IMG/VR virus record: IMGVR_UViG_3300006922_000083
Location: 1 to 34,116 of that record
DNA: 34,116 nucleotides
From: a virus
Lineage: Duplodnaviria; Caudoviricetes
Direction: 5' to 3' (one strand)
Numbering within the stretch: the first letter of the stretch is position 1; every line of letters starts with the position of its first letter. Positions 28,751-34,116 of this stretch are shown here, piece after piece. The translations under genes were made by a program, and so were the position numbers. The notes beneath the pieces are model-generated. The model worked only from the letters and a program-made list of their open reading frames with translations. It was not told where the DNA came from and did not search any database.

Positions 28751-29050
28751 ATGAGCACAGAATTAGCATCGAAGATTGATACAACGTTTATATTTAAACG
28801 GCCTAAAAAGTACAAAGTCATTTTGATGAATGATGATTTAACTCCCATGGAGTTTGTAATTGAAATACTTATTGGTATTTTCAACAAAAGTTCAACCGAG
28901 GCACAAGAGATTACGTATGCAGTGCACCATAATGGTTCGGGCATTGCTGGTATATTCAATTATGAAGTAGCAGAGCAGAAAGCTCATGAAGCTACTAATA
29001 TTAGCAGAAACGCAGGTTTTCCGCTATCACTTAAATTAGAAGAAGAATAA
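28751..29050 (+). CDS. clpS: Clp protease adaptor ClpS
   Basis: [32 protein letters not shown]. Confidence 0.93.
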   Translation: MSTELASKIDTTFIFKRPKKYKVILMNDDLTPMEFVIEILIGIFNKSSTEAQEITYAVHHNGSGIAGIFNYEVAEQKAHEATNISRNAGFPLSLKLEEE

Positions 29051-29051
29051 A

Positions 29052-30191
29052 ATGAGAATTGAAAACGAAATCCTTTTGGACTACAGCGATGTCTTGATTC
29101 GTCCAAAGCGTAGCACATTAGGTTCACGCAAAGAAGTAAATTTAGAACGTGAATTTATGTTCCGCAACTATAATAACCAAGACGTTATGGTTGGAGAATA
29201 TGATTGGAAAGGTGTTCCAATTATGGCAAGTAACATGGATGGTGTTGGTACATTTGAAATGGCAGACAAACTTGCTGAAGGACACATCTTTACGTGTCTA
29301 GTTAAAACATATAGTGAAAAAGATTTAATCAAATACTTTACATCTGATTTACCTGAGCGTAGTGACTTTGTTGCTATGAGTATCGGTATTCAGGACCGTG
29401 ACTTAAACAAATTTGAACAAGTATATGCGGAGTGTAAAGAAAATTTAAAATACGTTTGTATTGATGTGGCAAACGGATATAGTCAACGTTTTGTGGAGTT
29501 TGTGGGAGAATTTAAATTCCGCTTCCCCAAAGTAGTAATTATAGCAGGTAACGTAGTTACCGCAGATCAAACACAGGAGTTAATACTAAATGGAGCAGAT
29601 ATTGTTAAAGTGGGCATTGGTCCCGGGTCTGTTTGCACTACTAGGATTCAAACTGGTGTGGGATACCCGCAACTATCTGCGGTCATCGAGTGCGCTGATG
29701 CAGCACACGGACTTGGTGGTCACATCATTGCTGACGGTGGGTGTACTTGCCCTGGAGATGTCGCTAAGGCCTTTGCAGGTGGAGCAGATTTTGTTATGCT
29801 CGGTGGTATGCTTGCTGGCCATGATGAAGGCGGCGGCGAAGTAATTACTAAGATTTACGAAACTAATGAAGTGACTAAAACAGATGATGAATTCTTTGAG
29901 TCTGTTTATGAAGAAAAGCAGTTTATACAGTTCTACGGGATGAGTTCAGATGCAGCAAACACAAAACACTTCGGTGGACTTAAAGAATACCGATCAAGCG
30001 AAGGAAGAGAAGTTCTTGTTCCTTACAGAGGCTCAGTGGCTACCACTGCTCAAAATATATTGGGTGGCGTGCGTAGTACTTGTACTTATGTTGGAGCCAA
30101 TACACTAAAGCAACTTAGTAAGTGTACAACTTTTATTCGTGTAAACAATCAGTTTAATCGAACATACGAGTCTACAACAACTAAGATGTAA
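29052..30191 (+). CDS. guaC: GMP reductase
   Basis: [48 protein letters not shown]. Confidence 0.95.
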   Translation: MRIENEILLDYSDVLIRPKRSTLGSRKEVNLEREFMFRNYNNQDVMVGEYDWKGVPIMASNMDGVGTFEMADKLAEGHIFTCLVKTYSEKDLIKYFTSDLPERSDFVAMSIGIQDRDLNKFEQVYAECKENLKYVCIDVANGYSQRFVEFVGEFKFRFPKVVIIAGNVVTADQTQELILNGADIVKVGIGPGSVCTTRIQTGVGYPQLSAVIECADAAHGLGGHIIADGGCTCPGDVAKAFAGGADFVMLGGMLAGHDEGGGEVITKIYETNEVTKTDDEFFESVYEEKQFIQFYGMSSDAANTKHFGGLKEYRSSEGREVLVPYRGSVATTAQNILGGVRSTCTYVGANTLKQLSKCTTFIRVNNQFNRTYESTTTKM

Positions 30192-30221
30192 TAAATACTA
30201 ACACTGGAACAGGATAGTATT

Positions 30222-31034
30222 ATGAGAGCAACAGAATTATTAGATGAAGGCGTTGGGCAAGCAGGCGTTGATTATGAAAACCGTGTAGCACAGGCAATTA
30301 CTGATGCTAATTTAGATTTTTTACAATTAACCAAAGCTGGCGGTGCGGCGTTTAGTAGTCACGATGCAGCCGATATTGAAGCATCGTTAAATGGTAAGCC
30401 ATTTTTAGTAGAATGTAAAAGTAGTACAACAGATACTATGGGTAGCTTTCTTATGATCTACCGTGACGGAAATTTTATTCCTAGTAGTAAAGCTCTAATG
30501 AAAGTTGAAGAAGAAGATTTAGAAACTGCACTTGAGGCTCTTGAAGAACGCAAGCCTGCAATTGATGCATATTTAGACGAACTGTCAACACGTGAGCCAG
30601 TACAACTACACCAGTTAGCAAAAGGTAACATTCCTTTTATTGCAGATTATGACGTTAGACTCGCTATGGTACAAGATGGTTACCAAAAGGCTATTCAACA
30701 AATGGTAACTGCAAGTTCAAGTTTCATTAATAATCTATACAACAGTAAACAAGTCTACTATATGCAAGTAGGCGGTGCTGGATTATTTTACATGGGAAAA
30801 GACATCTATAATCTAGGTGTGCCGCCGTATGAAGGCGAAGTAAAGATTGAGATACGTTTAAAAGCGGCTGGTGATTCAACTGGCTCAATTAGTAAGCGTG
30901 TAAGCAATCAAATTGGCAGAGAAGCTGAATATAGAAAAGTTGATTTAGCATGTAGTGGAAAAATATCTACTAAAAACAAATCACCATTCAGCCTTGATGA
31001 TCCTGAAAGTATCCGTACATTATTTAATCAGTAA
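30222..31034 (+). CDS. putative PD-(D/E)xK nuclease-fold protein
   Basis: YENRV...ADIEA...LVECK pattern; own TAAATA at 30192-30197. Confidence 0.55.
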   Translation: MRATELLDEGVGQAGVDYENRVAQAITDANLDFLQLTKAGGAAFSSHDAADIEASLNGKPFLVECKSSTTDTMGSFLMIYRDGNFIPSSKALMKVEEEDLETALEALEERKPAIDAYLDELSTREPVQLHQLAKGNIPFIADYDVRLAMVQDGYQKAIQQMVTASSSFINNLYNSKQVYYMQVGGAGLFYMGKDIYNLGVPPYEGEVKIEIRLKAAGDSTGSISKRVSNQIGREAEYRKVDLACSGKISTKNKSPFSLDDPESIRTLFNQ

Positions 31035-31051
31035 TATGCACTAAACGCATA
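31035..31051. promoter_or_regulatory. LysR-type palindromic box, copy 1
   Basis: TATGC-N7-GCATA. Confidence 0.6.
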
Positions 31052-31202
31052 ACGAGTATTTGTGAAATGCATTGCCATTTTGTTATATACTATGATAAAT
31101 ATTGACGGCCAGAAACGAGATTACATCAAGAATCAAACCTGACACGTTGAAAAGACAACGGGCGCTCGCCTTATCAAGCATCATTACATATTGGAGAAAA
31201 CA

Positions 31203-31394
31203 ATGATAACTATAGCAGATATGCTTGGTAGTGTAATGACTGCGGTCAGACTACCAAAAAGAACAACAGGATTGAAAAATATCAATCAAAATCTTGAAAC
31301 TTATGTTAAGACAGAATTTAACAAAGGTGATCAGGCATACGTCTTAGAATGTATGCGTAGTGGCTTTCCACTAGATAGACGTAACATCGTTTAA
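31203..31394 (+). CDS. small hypothetical protein
   Basis: GGAG SD before ATG 31203. Confidence 0.75.
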   Translation: MITIADMLGSVMTAVRLPKRTTGLKNINQNLETYVKTEFNKGDQAYVLECMRSGFPLDRRNIV

Positions 31395-31396
31395 GG

Positions 31397-31413
31397 TATG
31401 CGTTAGGCGCATA
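31397..31413. promoter_or_regulatory. LysR-type palindromic box, copy 2
   Basis: TATGC-N7-GCATA. Confidence 0.6.
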
Positions 31414-31526
31414 TCGTGTTCAACTAGAACACAGTAGTAATTCATAAGAATTCATGTTAAATAAAAGTGTGAGCAAAAATAATGCTCACACTATACACAT
31501 ATACATATACATAGGAATATAAGAAA

Positions 31527-31787
31527 ATGACAGCTTTAGTAGCAAATACATTTAACTGGTTTGGCTTTATGGGTGCCGCCAACTGGTTTAAAAAATTAGG
31601 CACCGAGTTACACAGACGTAAAAACATTCGTCACACAATAAATGAACTTTCAAAACTTACAAACCATGAGCTAAATGACATTGGTATTGCACGTGGTGAC
31701 ATTTATCATATTGCACATTCGTCATATCCAAGAGCACTAGGTGGCGAAGCTGTAGAAGCAAACCGCAACTTGAGAGGTTGGGTATAA
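31527..31787 (+). CDS. DUF1127 domain small protein
   Basis: RHTINELSKLTNHELNDIGIARGDI. Confidence 0.88.
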   Translation: MTALVANTFNWFGFMGAANWFKKLGTELHRRKNIRHTINELSKLTNHELNDIGIARGDIYHIAHSSYPRALGGEAVEANRNLRGWV

Positions 31788-31975
31788 TGGAAGCAGTAGG
31801 AAATACACCAGTATCAACACCAAAGTTTATCAAAACACTTGGAAAATACCTTGTTGCAATTGCTATGGGCGTATGGGCTTTTGGTGAATCAGCAGGCAGA
31901 GCAAGAGCCGCTGAAGCACTTTGGAGAGAAGGTTTCCACGAAGAAGCAAAACGTTTAATGTTGGAGAACAAATAA
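31787..31975 (+). CDS. small hypothetical protein
   Basis: TAATG coupling with GAGG upstream. Confidence 0.78.
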   Translation: MEAVGNTPVSTPKFIKTLGKYLVAIAMGVWAFGESAGRARAAEALWREGFHEEAKRLMLENK

Positions 31976-32109
31976 TGTTTAAGAAATTTATTAAAGCAAT
32001 GGAATACAGAAGTTACTGTATGGCAATCCGTGAACTAAGAAACAGAGGCTACTATAGAAAAGCTGATGAGATATCTGAGTTCAAACACAAGATGTATCCG
32101 AGCTACTAA
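31975..32109 (+). CDS. small hypothetical protein (44 aa)
   Basis: TAATG coupling, GGAG SD. Confidence 0.72.
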   Translation: MFKKFIKAMEYRSYCMAIRELRNRGYYRKADEISEFKHKMYPSY

Positions 32110-32171
32110 TGTTAGACCCAGATCACACTTACACACGGCCCAAGGGCGAGAAGAAAAAAGGCGGCAAGTAA
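32109..32171 (+). CDS. candidate 20-aa microprotein MLDPDHTYTRPKGEKKKGGK
   Basis: TAATG coupling; ends just before the terminator. Confidence 0.5.
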   Translation: MLDPDHTYTRPKGEKKKGGK

Positions 32172-32189
32172 GCCATATTACAACAGAGT

Positions 32190-32212
32190 AAAGCACCGCA
32201 TGGTGCTTTTTT
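32190..32212 (+). terminator. intrinsic terminator
   Basis: AAAGCACC-GCAT-GGTGCTTTTTT. Confidence 0.75.
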
Positions 32213-32264
32213 CTTGACTAATTAACTATCAGTGCTATAAATATAGTTAACACACGGAGGCTAT

Positions 32265-32483
32265 ATGCAACATTCTATTGAGGATCTTTTAAGAAGACTT
32301 GAAGTAATGAAAGACAAAGCGATTCTGTTACATCGTGTACGGAATGAATTTAGTGAAATATCATATAAAAATTATGATAAAGCAGCCTGTCAAAATATTA
32401 TTGACGATATACAAGCAATGGCATTAAGTATTGCAATGGACAAAGAAGGTACTGATATTATTACTGAGATGGAATATAAATGA
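32265..32483 (+). CDS. hypothetical protein
   Basis: GGAGG SD; TTGACT and TATAAATA upstream. Confidence 0.8.
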   Translation: MQHSIEDLLRRLEVMKDKAILLHRVRNEFSEISYKNYDKAACQNIIDDIQAMALSIAMDKEGTDIITEMEYK

Positions 32484-33034
32484 ATACAACTGGTAATTTT
32501 CTAGTTAGTATACCCAGTATTAATACTGGAACGTTTAATCGTAGTGTTGTACTCATGAGCGACCACACAGGTGACGGTGCACATGGCTGGATAGTTAATA
32601 AGCAACTAGATGATAAAATAACACAACGTTTACGTAAAGGTATGAATTTACATCGTGATATACCATTGTACTTTGGTGGTCCAGTAGATGTAAACAATGC
32701 AGTTGTTATACACAGTAATGATTTAAAATTACCTAGTACAAAAAAACTAAACGATACACTAAGCATTACAAAAGACAAAAGCATTGTCAATGTAATGAAT
32801 ATTGGACAGTTTCCTGAATACTGGAGAGTAATTGTTGGTAGAAGTTCATGGGGTGCTGGACAACTGGAAAGTGAAATACTTGGCAGTCGTAGTAACGGTA
32901 TCAGTAGTTGGATGACTGTTGATTATAGTGATCAATTAATGTGGCAAACTATGCCAAGCAATCAGTGGGAACGTAGTATTGAGATCTCCGCTGAGAATAT
33001 GACAAGCAATATCCTAAACACACAAAAAACATAA
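32480..33034 (+). CDS. YqgE/AlgH (DUF179) family protein
   Basis: FNRSVVL..H...GAHGWIVNK, YFGGPV, GRSSWGAGQLESEI. Confidence 0.88.
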   Translation: MNTTGNFLVSIPSINTGTFNRSVVLMSDHTGDGAHGWIVNKQLDDKITQRLRKGMNLHRDIPLYFGGPVDVNNAVVIHSNDLKLPSTKKLNDTLSITKDKSIVNVMNIGQFPEYWRVIVGRSSWGAGQLESEILGSRSNGISSWMTVDYSDQLMWQTMPSNQWERSIEISAENMTSNILNTQKT

Positions 33035-33097
33035 ATGTTAGCGTTTAACATTTTCTTTATGTGTAAATAAGACATTGCACAATAAAGGAGTGTCCAA

Positions 33098-33316
33098 ATG
33101 GTTGCAACCAAAATAGCAGATCTAACTGAAGATGAACTAAAATTTATGGAAGATTTATTACTAAAAGAGTTTAGTAAAGAAACTGAAAAAGCCAAAACTT
33201 GGCAAACAAAAAACCATTATCAACTTCCATATGCAAAACAAAATAGAATACTATCTTGTTTAAGTGCAATCCGTAGCCAAACGCAACTTAAAAAGACACT
33301 AGCTACTAAGTGGTAA
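33098..33316 (+). CDS. hypothetical protein
   Basis: AAGGAG SD; converges on the tRNA-Pro 3' end. Confidence 0.78.
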   Translation: MVATKIADLTEDELKFMEDLLLKEFSKETEKAKTWQTKNHYQLPYAKQNRILSCLSAIRSQTQLKKTLATKW

Positions 33317-33317
33317 T

Positions 33318-33394
33318 TGGTCGGAGTAGTAGGATTCGAACCTACGACCTTTCGCTCCCAAAGCGAACGCACTACCAGGCTGTGCTATACTCCG
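33318..33394 (-). tRNA. tRNA-Pro(UGG)
   Basis: CGGAGTA acceptor; anticodon arm TTCGC-TTTGGGA-GCGAA; GTTCGAAT T-loop; encoded CCA; 77 nt. Confidence 0.96.
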
Positions 33395-33398
33395 TAAT

Positions 33399-33472
33399 TG
33401 GCATCGGTGCAGGGAGTCGAACCCCGGCTTGCGGTTTTGGAGACCGCCGTGCTACCATAACACTTCACCGAC
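33399..33472 (-). tRNA. tRNA-Trp(CCA)
   Basis: GTCGGTG/CACCGAT acceptor; GCGGT-CTCCAAA-ACCGC; GTTCGACT; G73 and CCA; 74 nt. Confidence 0.95.
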
Positions 33473-33486
33473 ATAACTTTTTTTAA

Positions 33487-33562
33487 AACTACACTATCTT
33501 TGACCCTTTCGAGGTCTCTGTCTCTGCAAAGACACCTTATTGCAGTAAGGCGTAGTGTAGTC
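33487..33562 (-). ncRNA. candidate cloverleaf (4-way junction) structured RNA
   Basis: Closing stem ACTACACTA/TAGTGTAGT encloses three hairpins. Confidence 0.6.
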
Positions 33563-33564
33563 AT

Positions 33565-33599
33565 AAAAAAAGCCCCGTAACATTTCTACTACAGGGCTT
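33565..33599 (-). terminator. intrinsic terminator (attenuator 3:4 hairpin)
   Basis: AAGCCCTGTAGTA-GAAA-TGTTACGGGGC followed by T7. Confidence 0.85.
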
Positions 33600-33628
33600 G
33601 CAATGAGTAAGTTCGTTAAGAAGTCACA

Positions 33629-33685
33629 TCAAGGCATACCCCAGTTTCCTGGACACCAACTTGGTTTGTACATTCCTTGTAACAT
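33629..33685 (-). CDS. putative leader peptide MLQGMYKPSWCPGNWGMP
   Basis: AAGGAG SD 5 nt before ATG; promoter directly upstream; terminator downstream. Confidence 0.72.
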   Translation of the reverse strand: MLQGMYKPSWCPGNWGMP

Positions 33686-33707
33686 ATTAACTCCTTTGTT
33701 ATACTTA

Positions 33708-33738
33708 TATTTATACAGTAATCTTTTCAGTAAGTCAA
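33708..33738 (-). promoter_or_regulatory. promoter for the leader-tRNA operon
   Basis: TTGACT-17nt-TATAAA, overlapping TATAAATA. Confidence 0.75.
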
Positions 33739-33757
33739 GCACTTTTTTTACTTTTTT

Positions 33758-33859
33758 TGGCTCCAGGGGGAGGATTCGAACCTCCACGGTTAAATACTTT
33801 GCGAGCTATTAACCACACGATAAACAGTCGTGCGTGTCTACCAATTTCACCACCCTGGA
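33758..33859 (-). tRNA. atypical tRNA-Asn(GUU) with long variable arm
   Basis: TCCAGGG/CCCTGGA-G-CCA; D-arm GGTGAAATTGGTAGACAC; CACGA-CTGTTTA-TCGTG; 30-nt variable region; GGAGG-TTCGAAT-CCTCC. Confidence 0.85.
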
Positions 33860-33864
33860 TCAAT

Positions 33865-34116
33865 TTATGCAGCCAGGGCAATCTTTCCTTGTTTGTCCAG
33901 TGCCGCAATCATTCTTGTCATACCAATACCGCCGCCTACTCTAGGAAAGAAGTCAAATTTTAGGAACTCTTCTAGTTCTGCTTCCACACGTTCTTTACCA
34001 AACAGTTTGTATAGTAACTGTGCATACTCGCCGTCTACAATACTATGGAATGTATCACGCATCATATCAACATCACAACTACGCTCTGCTGATCCAATAG
34101 TTTCCATACCACCTAG
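33865..34116 (-). CDS. class II aaRS catalytic-core homolog (Asn/Asp-tRNA synthetase-like or asparagine synthetase-like), C-terminal part
   Basis: GMETIGSAER and motif-3-like PRVGGGIGMTRM; frame is open to the window edge. Confidence 0.75.
   Translation of the reverse strand, partial: LGGMETIGSAERSCDVDMMRDTFHSIVDGEYAQLLYKLFGKERVEAELEEFLKFDFFPRVGGGIGMTRMIAALDKQGKIALAA

Noticed and set aside
33318-33472. tRNAs as a prophage attachment site or host boundary
   Set aside because: No integrase or att duplication; phage-type TATAAATA promoter and composition continue across the locus
33603-33812. 69-aa + strand ORF
   Set aside because: Antisense to the leader peptide, promoter and tRNA; no SD
33787-33816. 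Extra sequence in tRNA-Asn as an intron, or the tRNA as Sec/suppressor
   Set aside because: The insert is at the variable-arm position, not in the anticodon loop, and is far too short for a group I intron; the anticodon is GUU, not UCA, CUA or UUA
33757-33963. 68-aa + strand ORF (MAPGGGFEPPR...)
   Set aside because: It is the antisense shadow of the tRNA-Asn and the aaRS-like gene
1-34116. Stop-codon reassignment
   Set aside because: Conserved genes are intact under code 11; TAA, TAG and TGA all terminate genes; no suppressor tRNA seen

Overview
This is a segment of a large, AT-rich lytic dsDNA phage genome with T4-like features. Nearly all genes are on the + strand, and a tRNA locus sits on the - strand at the right end. 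In order it holds: primase, replicative helicase, radical SAM protein, a late cluster of putative head proteins (including a nucleotidyltransferase-like and a ligase-like enzyme), exonuclease, nrdA/nrdB/glutaredoxin, PAAR and structural proteins, HNH nuclease, small early genes, SleB-type hydrolase, P-loop kinase, a translation/proteostasis module (IF3, bS21, Hsp20 with ROSE-like thermometer, ClpS), guaC, a DUF1127 cluster and YqgE/AlgH. The host is probably an alphaproteobacterium (Rhodobacteraceae-like); this is an inference. Four observations stand out. (1) An unannotated Trp/Pro-rich 18-aa leader peptide with attenuator architecture sits directly upstream of a cloverleaf ncRNA, tRNA-Trp and tRNA-Pro. 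(2) A 102-nt tRNA-Asn(GUU) with a long variable arm and U37 lies 5 nt behind a class II aaRS-like gene. (3) Promoter geometry implies several leaderless mRNAs in a phage that encodes its own IF3 and bS21. (4) Several late enzymes share an N-terminal motif resembling a capsid-targeting sequence. All calls come from reading motifs by eye; no searches were run.
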